DNA of 64,000 nt from an uncultured Thermoplasmata archaeon. GTDB lineage: Archaea > Thermoplasmatota > Thermoplasmata > UBA10834. This document shows positions 18,648 to 28,700 of this stretch, one piece after another; within the stretch, counting starts at the first letter, position 1; the number at the start of each line of letters is the position of its first letter. The DNA lies in assembly GCA_963748615.1 (NCBI GenBank), contig CAVVJQ010000002.1:17718-81717 (forward strand), given 5' to 3'. The notes under the pieces are model-generated. The model was not told the origin of the DNA. It did no database searches and saw only the letters and a list, made by a program, of their open reading frames with translations. A program made the position numbers and the translations under genes.

Positions 18648-20846
18648 GTGTGCCTGAAGCGAAGTGTGTCCGTTCCTAGGGGGGTGACGGCGTGCTTGCT
18701 AGCGGTTGTTCTCTTGATGCCCGCAACCGCAGCGGCAGTAGCGGAGACGATTCCGCACGAGCAGTTCGACCAGGCGGAGCTAGATCTAGCGGTCCTGATG
18801 CTTCTGCTAGACGAGAGCCTCGGGCTCGCGACCGAATCGATATTGTCATGCGTTGCGGACGATGCCGTCGGCGCGATCACATATTCCGATAGACTACAGG
18901 AATCGCTCGCTGCGCCGACCGAGATCATAGACGACCTCTCCCACGATGTCGAGAGCTACGAGTTCCTGATAACATTCATACCACCGTTCGAGACGATGTC
19001 GGTCGACGATTCCTCGATAACCGAGACATATTCCATATTCTTCGATGAGCTGACAACGCTGAGGTTGCTCGCGGAGGAGGCGGTCCTCCCACCTGAGGTC
19101 TACGAATCGGGCATGGAGACCCTCGCATCGGCGACCGCATACGTGAAGGAACTGATACATCAGTTGGATGTCCTTGAGAAAGATGTCGATGCGATAGATG
19201 CTCTTCCGGAGATACCTGAACAGGGTACCCTTGATGTGCAGCCGCTCCTCGATGCGATCGCCCTATTGAGAGAGAGACTCGCTCAGTTGGAGATGGAACT
19301 CGAGCTGCTGGCCGAGAAGATACTGAACCCTGTCCCGCGCCTGTTCCTGGTGCTCAACGACGATTCAATGTACCTCGGCCAGACACTCATAATCACGGGA
19401 TACCTGTTCTACATGGGACAGTTCGTGCAGGACCTTGACGTGAATGTGCGCAGGGACGGGACTGATATTTCGAATATGAGCACAGGAGCATCTGGTAGGT
19501 TCTCGATCACATACTACATACCGATCGACCCGATTGAGCTGGGCACATACATTTTCGACGCGTCAACAGTCTTCAACGAGGTGGAGTATTGGTCTGAAGA
19601 GACACAACTCATCGTGCTCAAGATACCGACAAGCACGATCATGTATCCAGAGGACAGCTATGAGATTGGTCCTACAGCGACCATCGACGGGATGCTGGGG
19701 GATTATCTTGGTTCCGGACTCGTGGACCAGATCGTGAGCGTAACGATAGACTCGACGATCTTCGATTTCACGACGGATGATTCAGGCGGCTTCGAAGCCG
19801 TTATCGTCACTGCTAGCCTCGGATTCGGCCCTCACAATATATCCGCGACATATCCTGGAAATACTACTCATCAGGGTTCATCCACACCGGTCTACGAATT
19901 CCATCTGAAATATCCAGCAGTACTCACGCTGGACGTATCAGGTGATGAGTTCGAGATGGGTGACGAGATCGTGTTCAACGGAACTTTCACAAACATGTCC
20001 TGGGAGTGCATAGGTTCCGCGACGATTCGATTCATAATCGATGACAGATACTTCACGAGCACAATCACATCAGACAATGGCACCTATAAGATGACTGAGA
20101 ACTCCGAGGATATCGGGAAAGGGACCCATGTCGCTTTCGCCGAGCACGACGGCGTCGGGACTCCGTGGTTCCATACACGATCCGAAGAGGTCACCTTCAC
20201 TATCACTGAGAAGAAATCATCGAACATATTCCCAGGGATCGAGACCAGTCCAAAGGACATATTCGATTCGATCAAGGATTTCTTCACTGGACCCTTCCTT
20301 GATTTTCTCAAGAACGCCTTCTTCGGAGAGCTCGCATGGTTGGCATGGATGATCCTGGCATTACTCATCGTCCTTGCATACTATGGCTACAAGAGATTGC
20401 AGTTCCGCATATGGGCGAACCGCCTGAGACAGATGGACTCGCAGAGAGTCTCCATCTTCGAGAACAAAGTCGTCACTGCGAAAATGAGGCCTCTCTCAAC
20501 ATTGCCTGCAGCGCAGTCCAAGAGTCTGATGAAGGCGACACTGTGGAGGTTGATCGATACGCTCTTGGGCTCGATGCCGCCAAAGGACGCGGTCGTGATC
20601 GGGTATCAGAAGTTCATACAGTTCCTCAGGACCGATAGGGACGCCACCGTCGACAATAGCCTCACGCACAGAGAGATACAGACAGAGCTGGTCTTCATGG
20701 GCTACCCGAAAGAGACCATAGGCAAGGTGACCAATATCTACGAGAAGGCGATGTTCACCGATCGTGATGTGACCATCGAGGATGCGCTCGGGTTCGCAGA
20801 CTCACTTGCCGTGTTGGAGGGGTTCGGTAGGGCGGTGCCCGAATGA
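18648..20846 (+). CDS. module 1 gene 2: large exported protein with coiled N-terminal region, three beta-sandwich (carboxypeptidase-regulatory-like) units, a TM segment and a DUF4129-like cytoplasmic tail
   Basis: Signal-like LLAVVLLMPATAAAVA and late TM LAWLAWMILALLIVLAYYGY. The tail ...THREIQTELVFMGYPKETIGKVTNIYEKAMFTDRDV resembles DUF4129. It is colinear with paralogue 46180..48312. The start could be GTG 18684 instead, because a TATA-like box at 18635-18642 is very close to 18648. Confidence 0.6.
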   Translation: MCLKRSVSVPRGVTACLLAVVLLMPATAAAVAETIPHEQFDQAELDLAVLMLLLDESLGLATESILSCVADDAVGAITYSDRLQESLAAPTEIIDDLSHDVESYEFLITFIPPFETMSVDDSSITETYSIFFDELTTLRLLAEEAVLPPEVYESGMETLASATAYVKELIHQLDVLEKDVDAIDALPEIPEQGTLDVQPLLDAIALLRERLAQLEMELELLAEKILNPVPRLFLVLNDDSMYLGQTLIITGYLFYMGQFVQDLDVNVRRDGTDISNMSTGASGRFSITYYIPIDPIELGTYIFDASTVFNEVEYWSEETQLIVLKIPTSTIMYPEDSYEIGPTATIDGMLGDYLGSGLVDQIVSVTIDSTIFDFTTDDSGGFEAVIVTASLGFGPHNISATYPGNTTHQGSSTPVYEFHLKYPAVLTLDVSGDEFEMGDEIVFNGTFTNMSWECIGSATIRFIIDDRYFTSTITSDNGTYKMTENSEDIGKGTHVAFAEHDGVGTPWFHTRSEEVTFTITEKKSSNIFPGIETSPKDIFDSIKDFFTGPFLDFLKNAFFGELAWLAWMILALLIVLAYYGYKRLQFRIWANRLRQMDSQRVSIFENKVVTAKMRPLSTLPAAQSKSLMKATLWRLIDTLLGSMPPKDAVVIGYQKFIQFLRTDRDATVDNSLTHREIQTELVFMGYPKETIGKVTNIYEKAMFTDRDVTIEDALGFADSLAVLEGFGRAVPE

Positions 20847-22003
20847 TGCCATCACGGTTGAAGAGGTTCTACGCGCTGGCGGTCACGCTCGGACTTGCGT
20901 GCATATTCCTAGCGCTGTCACTAGTGGTGCCTGTAGTAGGGACGACCACGGACTTCAGCATATACAACGCAGGCTGGAACGGGACCAGCGGCCTCGCGGT
21001 GAGGACTTACAAGACGGGGGAGTTCGTGCCGGCCCTGGAGCTCAGAGGAACGGACGCTTCTATCGAACCGGCTATAATCGCACTTGATAGAGTTGAGCTC
21101 GATCCGCTCACGAGCAGCATAATCATCATCGGGCCTAGCAGGACATTCACGAAGGCGGACGGAGATTACATGTCGGATTTCCTGCAAGGAGGAGGGACAG
21201 TACTCCTCGCAGACGATTTCGGATCCGCCAACACGTTGCTCGCATACCTGGACACGAGCAGCAGGTTCACCAAGAACCTGGTCTTGGATCTGGCCTTCGA
21301 AAAGAAGCCCGAGTTCGTGGTCGCATACAACTTCGAGGAGAGCGACCTCACGGAAGAGGTCTCCACGATCCTGCTGAACTATCCGTCTTCCCTGAAGCCC
21401 AGTGCGAGCGCCGAGGTGCTGGCGACGACGAGCCAGGCAAGCTGGGTGGACCTGAACGACAACATGTACAAGGACGACAACGAAGTGTCTGGGCCGTTTC
21501 CGCTGCTGTCGGTCGAGCAGGTCGGAAAAGGCACTCTGATATTGCTGGCGGATCCGAGCATCCTGATAAACAGCATGTACGACCAGTTGGACAACTCGGT
21601 CCTGGTGGACAACATCTTGGCATTCCTCTCGGAGGGACGCACGGACATACTCATAGACGAGAGCCATAGGAACTTCTTCGACCCGCTCTCGTTCACTTCG
21701 AATGTTCTGATGGGCATAGGCGAGGATGCGAAGTTGGCACTCATAATCATCATAGTCGTCGCGTTCTTCCTCGCGACCACCGATGTGTTGCAGATGACCT
21801 GCCGATTCATACTCAAGTCGATGAATACAGCATGGAGCAGGGTCCTCAGAAAGTTCACCAAGGAACAGGCGACAATGCCAGATGCATTCTTGAACGATGA
21901 TGAGATCCTCCGCAGGGTGATGGAGAGGCACCCCAACTGGAACAAGGGAGTGCTGTCACACCTCATGCGTCAGCTGCAAAGACATGGAGCGGTGAAGAAA
22001 TGA
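20843..22003 (+). CDS. module 1 gene 3: DUF4350-like protein (N-terminal TM, extracytoplasmic domain, C-terminal TM plus short tail)
   Basis: Motifs DFSIYNAGWNGTSGLAV, VLLADDFGSANTLL, FEKKPEF and LNYPSSL are shared with 48302..49468. It overlaps its neighbours by 4 nt at both ends (ATGA-type coupling). Confidence 0.6.
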   Translation: MMPSRLKRFYALAVTLGLACIFLALSLVVPVVGTTTDFSIYNAGWNGTSGLAVRTYKTGEFVPALELRGTDASIEPAIIALDRVELDPLTSSIIIIGPSRTFTKADGDYMSDFLQGGGTVLLADDFGSANTLLAYLDTSSRFTKNLVLDLAFEKKPEFVVAYNFEESDLTEEVSTILLNYPSSLKPSASAEVLATTSQASWVDLNDNMYKDDNEVSGPFPLLSVEQVGKGTLILLADPSILINSMYDQLDNSVLVDNILAFLSEGRTDILIDESHRNFFDPLSFTSNVLMGIGEDAKLALIIIIVVAFFLATTDVLQMTCRFILKSMNTAWSRVLRKFTKEQATMPDAFLNDDEILRRVMERHPNWNKGVLSHLMRQLQRHGAVKK

Positions 22004-23466
22004 CCGATCCCAGCGAGAAGTCATTGCAGACCTCATCCCTCGGGATGGCACTCATGGCAACCTGCGCCGCGTTCGCAATTGCAGGGTTTCTCTTCATGAG
22101 TTTGTCATGGGTCATCGCAAGCGTCGTCATAACCACCATGATGGTCTATGCACATGAGAGGTTCGCATGGGAGCTATCCAACTCACGTCTCGATGTGAAA
22201 CACGAGATACTGAGTAAGATGGCCTTCGCCCAGGAGCCGGTCAGTGTCAAAGTCGAGATCAGAAACAAGGACCATACGCCACTCAGAGCTTCGCTTGAGG
22301 ATGTGCTACCGGAAGACTGCATCCTCGGAGCAGGGACCAACATACTCGATGCCAAAGTGCCTCCGCGTTCCATCAAGTCGTTCACGTACTCGTTCATACC
22401 GACGAGACGAGGGGGGCACACGATCGGCACACTAAAGATCACACGCACGGACCAGTTCGGACTGTTCACACACGTGCGATACTTCGAGGACGCCCAGCGA
22501 CTGGGCGTGCACACACAGAAGGAAAGCTTCGATGCGGCCAGGAAGACGGCGGGTAAGGAGCACTTCGAATATTCTGGCATGTTCAAGACCCCGGCTGTCG
22601 TGCTTCGTGAATTCCAGTTCGACGGGATAAGAGAGCACATCCCTGGCGACCGCTCGAGGGACATACACTGGAAGAGCCTGTCCAAGACCGGCAAGCTCAT
22701 GACGAAGATATACAAGAAAGAGGGCACTCTGAGGACCATGATATTCATCGACTGCAGTCGAAGCATGCGACTGGAGAAGGGCGGGTCGGCCAAGCTGAAC
22801 CACGCTGTGGACCTTGGCCTCCAACTCTCGAATGTGCTCATCAGCAGCTTCCACCCCGCAGGCGTGACGACATACGACGAGATCACGGTCACGGGGGAGG
22901 TGAGACCGTCGCTGGGGAAGCAACAGTTCGAGCGCATCACGAAGGTCCTCAGAGGGGTCCCGGGCACGATCATCGTCGATGATGAGGAGCAGCCACCCAA
23001 AAACGAGACGACCACGGCAGACCATTCCCCCGTGGCGATTCATGACCGCGGAACTGGCAGCGCGTTCCTGAATGCTGTGAGCGCAGTCAGACGGACGAGC
23101 GCCAAGAGGATGACAGGACTTGGACTCGAGAGCGTTGCGAAGGATATGATAGCCCACACAAAGAACCAGAAGTTGCTGTTCATAGTCGTCTCGGACCTGG
23201 TCTCCTCCAGAGATGCCGTCCTATCGACAGCTCGGTTATGCCAGCGGACCGGCAACAGGCTGCTGGTCATACAGACCTACGATGATTGGTACTCTTCGCC
23301 GGAGAGAGTCCTCGATTTCGCTGAAGGAGAACAGCTCTATGCAAAGCTGACAGAAGGGGTCAAGGTCGAGTCGGCGCTAAGGAGAGCAGGTGCGTCATTC
23401 ATGAGGATAGGTCCTGCGGACACCACGGTGAGGATAGTCAGAAGCATCAGGAAGGGGTTGACATGA
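22000..23466 (+). CDS. module 1 gene 4: DUF58 family protein (vWA-like, usual partner of MoxR ATPases)
   Basis: Signature region FQFDGIREHIPGDRSRDIHWKSLSKTGKLMTKIYKKEGTLRTMIFIDCSRSM. Two N-terminal TM helices are present. Confidence 0.8.
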   Translation: MTDPSEKSLQTSSLGMALMATCAAFAIAGFLFMSLSWVIASVVITTMMVYAHERFAWELSNSRLDVKHEILSKMAFAQEPVSVKVEIRNKDHTPLRASLEDVLPEDCILGAGTNILDAKVPPRSIKSFTYSFIPTRRGGHTIGTLKITRTDQFGLFTHVRYFEDAQRLGVHTQKESFDAARKTAGKEHFEYSGMFKTPAVVLREFQFDGIREHIPGDRSRDIHWKSLSKTGKLMTKIYKKEGTLRTMIFIDCSRSMRLEKGGSAKLNHAVDLGLQLSNVLISSFHPAGVTTYDEITVTGEVRPSLGKQQFERITKVLRGVPGTIIVDDEEQPPKNETTTADHSPVAIHDRGTGSAFLNAVSAVRRTSAKRMTGLGLESVAKDMIAHTKNQKLLFIVVSDLVSSRDAVLSTARLCQRTGNRLLVIQTYDDWYSSPERVLDFAEGEQLYAKLTEGVKVESALRRAGASFMRIGPADTTVRIVRSIRKGLT

Positions 23467-24026
23467 CCACTGTGAATGCGCATCTGAAGATTGCGGCCAC
23501 AGTGGCCTCGGCGAGTGTGATGCTCATATTCACGGAGGTCACGCTATCCACACTGATCCCGATCCTTGTGGGAGTCTCCCTGATAATATTGAGCGTAGGG
23601 ATGAGCTACAGACCACCAGCGGTCGTAGGCATCCTGACCATACTGGCGGTTTCCGCACTGGCCACCGACATCGCGACGCTCACTGATGCACGCAACCTTT
23701 TCGCGGCGACAGTGTCACTGTACGTGCCGTCCTTGATCATGATGTGGGCAGCGTTGTCGGCCGAGCGGGACGACGACTATGAACTCAGGATGATGACGAG
23801 ACCGTTCGGACGGTTCGTCATCGCTGCAATCGTGTGCCTGCTGAGCGTTCCGGTGTTTGCCGTGGTTCTTGGCATCCTGCAGCCGAGCATGTCGATGCGC
23901 CTATCGACCATGGCAGAGATGTCACTGCTGCTGCTCGTGACCTCGACGACAGCATTCCTCCTCGCAAGGTCATCGCCCGATTCGCTCAATGCCGAAGCGG
24001 AGGCGGAACAAGAGATCTCCGAGTGA
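23463..24026 (+). CDS. module 1 gene 5: polytopic membrane protein (4-5 TM), unknown family
   Basis: 187-aa hydrophobic ORF whose start overlaps the DUF58 stop. It has the same position and architecture as 52450..52959 in module 2. Confidence 0.55.
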   Translation: MTTVNAHLKIAATVASASVMLIFTEVTLSTLIPILVGVSLIILSVGMSYRPPAVVGILTILAVSALATDIATLTDARNLFAATVSLYVPSLIMMWAALSAERDDDYELRMMTRPFGRFVIAAIVCLLSVPVFAVVLGILQPSMSMRLSTMAEMSLLLLVTSTTAFLLARSSPDSLNAEAEAEQEISE

Positions 24027-24079
24027 TACTGACCATGGACGATATCGTCGTTTTACATCCTGAAGCGCGCGCGAACAAT

Positions 24080-24089
24080 CATTATATAC
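24080..24089 (+). promoter_or_regulatory. TATA-like box upstream of the archaeosortase gene
   Basis: cattatatac lies about 25-30 nt upstream of the TTG at 24114. This fits an archaeal TATA/leaderless arrangement. Confidence 0.4.
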
Positions 24090-24113
24090 GCTAGAGAATG
24101 TGCATCGTTATCG

Positions 24114-25106
24114 TTGAGACTCAAGGGTGAATGGCTCCTGCTGTTGGGGTCTATGCTTGTTGCAGGGGCGTTGTACAATCACTACATGGGGCACTCCGCC
24201 CTTCTGGTCGAGATAATCATGGTGGCCGTGGGATGTGCCATGGCCATCTATTCGGCGATGCTGCTCAAGGTCCCTGAGGATGAGGAAGCCCATGGGATCC
24301 TGATCGATCTGATGTCACGATTCATCTCCAGGGAACGATGCAGGATGCTCATACCCATGCTGGGATTCCTCCTGCTATTCTTATGGTCGACCTGGAAGAT
24401 ACTCGTGAACGGCGAAACCAACCTGCAGATGGAGGACTTCATAGTCACCTTGCTGGGGCTTTCCCTGGTGGTATACTACTCGGGCCCGAGCGCGTTCGCA
24501 GAAGTGAAGGACTTCGTGGTCCTGTACCTGATGTTCCTCACGATAGTCTTCGTCATCATCTGGCGCACCTACTACTTGGTGACCGGGGAGTCGCACTATG
24601 AGATCACATCCTATGCGGAGCATTACTTCGTGACACTTCCCGTCGTCAATCTGCTCGGACTGCTGGGATTCCATGTCACCGCGGTCCTCGAACTCGACGG
24701 CATCGGTCTGGCGAACATCATAGAGTATGTCCACGATGGGCGGCTGCTCAGACTCGGGATAGGCGTCGGGTGCAGCGGCCTCTATTCAGCAGGCCTGTTC
24801 TTCTCGGCATTCCTCGCATTCGTGCTCGTGCGGTATCGAAAGATGAGTGCGCGCGTCGGCATCGGTTTGGGGATTGGGCTGCTTGTCACCTGGGCATCCA
24901 ACATAATCAGAATGGCCATCACGATCATGGTAGGGATAGCATACGGCCATCCCGCGCTCGCGTTCGTACATGCTTACATCGGGATACTCATATTCGTGGG
25001 ATGCATCACGGTCTTCTGGATCCTCATAGTCAGGTGGCTTGACAAGACGGAGAAGATCCATACGGGTCCAGATATTCCGACGGTCGAGACATCACCAGCG
25101 GACTGA
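24114..25106 (+). CDS. archaeosortase (exosortase/archaeosortase superfamily); PEF-CTERM-associated ArtC-type is the most likely subtype
   Basis: Polytopic 330-aa protein with the three hallmark sites in order: Cys in GVGCSGLYSAG, Arg in ASNIIRMAI, His in FVHAYIGILIF. Two PEF-CTERM-type proteins are encoded 6-7 kb away. Confidence 0.8.
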   Translation: MRLKGEWLLLLGSMLVAGALYNHYMGHSALLVEIIMVAVGCAMAIYSAMLLKVPEDEEAHGILIDLMSRFISRERCRMLIPMLGFLLLFLWSTWKILVNGETNLQMEDFIVTLLGLSLVVYYSGPSAFAEVKDFVVLYLMFLTIVFVIIWRTYYLVTGESHYEITSYAEHYFVTLPVVNLLGLLGFHVTAVLELDGIGLANIIEYVHDGRLLRLGIGVGCSGLYSAGLFFSAFLAFVLVRYRKMSARVGIGLGIGLLVTWASNIIRMAITIMVGIAYGHPALAFVHAYIGILIFVGCITVFWILIVRWLDKTEKIHTGPDIPTVETSPAD

Positions 25107-25111
25107 TCGCA

Positions 25112-25729
25112 TCAGAAGAGTGAGTCGTCATCGATCTCCTCGTTGTCCATGAGCCGCTTGAGTTTCATGGCGGAGATGATCCGGTCCTCGGGTGGGATCA
25201 GTTCCGATGATGCACCCTTATGGAGTTCGTGAACGGTGTCGCGATACACTGACCTGCTCAACACGCCCTGGATGAGTTCACGTTCTATCATCTCACCGTA
25301 ATCGATATCGTCCTCATCTGGCGCATCGGGCGTCTTGACCATGATCCGACCAGGCGCGATTGTTCCTGGCGTTCCAGCGCTGGCGGAGATGTTGGGCACC
25401 TGTCCAAGGATGGTCTGGCGACCATATGACCAGGGTCTCCCTCTGACCACCGGGGGCTTGTCGACTGCAGCTGCGTCCGTATGCGCACTCGACCTCGCAT
25501 CATATTCCTCCTTTGCTGGAAGCGCAGTCTCTCGAACAGACGATGACCGCCTTGGCCAAATGTCGCGATACGAAAACCCGGTTTCCGATCTCCCTCTGTT
25601 CATCATGAACAGGACCAGGATGAAGATCGCTGCGATGATGGATGATATCGAGATGATGCCTGCGAGCGAAGTGAACCATGATCCGCTGGATCCACCCGAT
25701 AGCGTACTCCACCTCAACAGCGGATACAT
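25112..25729 (-). CDS. TM segment plus ~160-aa acidic cytoplasmic tail; probably the detached C-terminal anchor of the upstream subtilase
   Basis: N-terminus GGSSGSWFTSLAGIISISSIIAAIFILVLFMMNRGR (N-out, C-in by the positive-inside rule). The start overlaps the subtilase stop region. The tail ends in DNEEIDDDSLF. Confidence 0.5.
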   Translation of the reverse strand: MYPLLRWSTLSGGSSGSWFTSLAGIISISSIIAAIFILVLFMMNRGRSETGFSYRDIWPRRSSSVRETALPAKEEYDARSSAHTDAAAVDKPPVVRGRPWSYGRQTILGQVPNISASAGTPGTIAPGRIMVKTPDAPDEDDIDYGEMIERELIQGVLSRSVYRDTVHELHKGASSELIPPEDRIISAMKLKRLMDNEEIDDDSLF

Positions 25730-28700
25730 GTTCGCTCTCCACGACAGTTGCCGGCCAGATCGTACACAGATACATAGACGTCCATGCCGTCCCAGAGCAC
25801 TTGCGAAGGCAATGTGGCCGTCAGCTCGGACCCGGACAGAGTCATCGGTATCGAACCGTAGCCTCCATCCTTCAGCTCGTAGTACACCACGCCTTCGGCG
25901 ATCCCGAAGTCGTCCGTGGCGGTTATCGTGAGAACGAGCGTACCACCGGTCACGAACTCAACTGGTCCAGCCAGCTGAGTCTGCGGCGGGGTCCCGTCAA
26001 TGTATATCGAGAGCTCGTTTACCGTTATACGCCCGGACATGTCAGTGGCGACCAGGACGAGTGCGTGCCATCCGAGGGTCAGCGCATCCGTTTCGATGAT
26101 CATCCCGGGATAACCTGTCACGGCATCGCCCCCGTCGAACGATAGGGTCACCGTCTTCAGGTGGCTGTCGCTCGCCTGAAGCACCATATCCTCGCCTTCC
26201 ATTATCGACTCGCCCGATGCGACTCCGACGATGCCTGTGACGGGGTCGTACAAGTCCATCGTGAAGGCGAAGGAGTCCTCGGCAGTGTTGTCTGCGAGAT
26301 CGTATGCGAAGACGTTCATCGAGAAGGAACCGTCGATGTTCACCGACGAAAGGGATACCGTGAATGTGCCGGAACTGGTCGTTTCGGATATGCCCAAAAC
26401 GCTCCAAACGGCGTAATCCATATTATCATCTGTGACCTGGAACGATACAATATCGCCAGGGGTGACATATGCGTCAATCTCGGGCCATATCAGGGATATC
26501 TCCGGTGGCGTGTCATCTATCGTGAAAGAGAACGAGAACTCCGACGATCCACCGATGTCGTCCGCAGCATTGACCGATATGTCGTAGGCACCTTCATCCC
26601 ACCCTTCGGTGGATATGATGTAGGGAGTTGGAAGGATGGACCATGGGCCTCCGTCGCTCCATGAACAGGTGATGTTGCCCGAGCTGTATATCAATATCTG
26701 CAACGGGGTACCTGAGTGGACATAGGAGCCGTCCTCCGGGCTGGCGAGCATCGCCACGAGGGTCGCGTTCACGATCTCAAAGTAGACTGATGTCGAACTC
26801 TCGTGTCCGACCGAGTCCATGGCAGTGGCCACGACCACGTGCATCCCGATGGCCCAACCAGTCATGTCGACCACGTACGGCGATGGGATGGTCACGAAGT
26901 CCGAGTCGTCGACCGAATATGCCACGGTCGATAGGTGCGAGTCAGACACGCTGATCACTATGCTGAACCCTATCGGGACCTGGCTCGCCATGATCGGCTG
27001 GATGATCTCCAGTTCGGGCGCGGATGCATCGACATCGAATGAATAGGATGCCGTCACGGTGAACCCGTCGTCGTCCATCACGGTGACTGCCAATGAGTGC
27101 ACCGCGTCGCTCCAGGAGGATGTGGATATGTCCCACGGCTCCGCCAGGGTGACATATGAGCCCCCGTCGACCGAGTACAACACTTCCACTTCGCCGTCAT
27201 CGATGACGTCCAGGTCTATGATGGCACCAGAGGCTATCAGGGAGCCGTCCTCAGGCGACACCAGCTCGATGACTGGCGCCACCGCGTCGCTCATGATGGA
27301 TGTAAGGGTGAAAGTGATGGTGACCGATTCGTATATCCCCAGATCGAAAGTGGCTGTGACCTGCACATTCTGCCCGGTGCCCGTGAACAGGCTCGTCGGG
27401 TTCAACATCCACTGGAACAGTATCTGGCCGTCGTGCGTATGAGTCGTGCCCAGGACATAGTCGTCGAGCAGCATGGCGACCTTGCGGTCGCCGGAGTACA
27501 GCTCGATCGGGACCGCTGCCGTCGGGCTGAGCGGGTTCCCGGACATGTCCGTGAGCTGACCTTCCAGCACCACCGTGACGGTCGCGTCCCTGTATTCCAC
27601 GGTGGATGTCTTCGGTGCCAGCTCGAACACGACTGGTATCTCGGGGAGCGAAGCCGAGGTGATGACTGCGGACATGTAGTTGGAGTACGAGTCCGTGACA
27701 ATGATCATGAGGTCTATGGATGTGGTGGCAGTGGTCGTCTGAATGGATGTGCTGTATGTGCTACCAGAGGACGATACTGCAAGGGACTCCCACGAATCGG
27801 TCGAGCCTGCGCGCCAGCTGATGGCAACCGAGACCGAAGACATCGTATCGATCACATCCAGTGACAGCGCGACCGCAGATCCCGGGACGAACCGCTGAGA
27901 CATCTCGAGGCCGGTCACCATGGGAGGGTCGCGGTCGACTGACGGGACCGAGAACCCTAGCTCCATCGCGACATTGCTGGAGATCTCGGATGTGGGTGAG
28001 TAGCTGATCCTCGCCTCATAGGAACCTTCGCCGAACAGGTCGAGCACGCGCTGAGCATCGGGCCTTGCCAGATACTCCGAGAGCTGGTATATCCCGACCA
28101 AACCCCCGTTACGGTACAGGTTCATGGAAGGGATGACCGTCCCGCCCACGCGTGCACCTGATTGGTCACGGAGGAGTGGATGATAGAGGACCATTGTATC
28201 TTCAGTGTTCTCTGTGAACAGTGACGGGTAGAACGGACCCGACCCGAGCCTCTGCTCCTCGAACGTCGGGTCGAGCGGTGTGACATAATTCCTGTCAGGG
28301 ATGTAGATGCCTGCCGCGACCGCTGCCTGGAGAACATAGTCGTAGTCGGCGACGAAGAACTGTCTCTCCGAGTACCCACCCATCACGTTCCTGGGGAAGT
28401 ACAGCTCGGAGAAGGTACCAGTCACGATCGTCGTCCTGGTCAGGCCTGAGAAGAACGGGTTGAGCGATGTATCAGTATCCCTCCGGATATAGAAGGTAGC
28501 GTCCCCGCCCATCGCCTTGTGGGTGCCCCAGTTGCACCAGGGGTCGGAGACCGTCCCTGGGATGTCATACTTGGTCTCGAACACGGCCGCATCGTCCTCG
28601 TCCCAAGTCAGCGTGGAAGGCATCGACGAGTCGATGCTGTCGAACTCCCATGCGAGCAAGTACTGGAGGTCCGCGCTCGCCTCGACCATGAATGCGGTCG

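Noticed and set aside
20921-23157. Antisense ORFs of 336, 289 and 241 aa opposite the DUF4350 and DUF58 genes
   Set aside because: They have biased, Arg-rich composition. They overlap genes that have conserved paralogues and clear motifs on the other strand.
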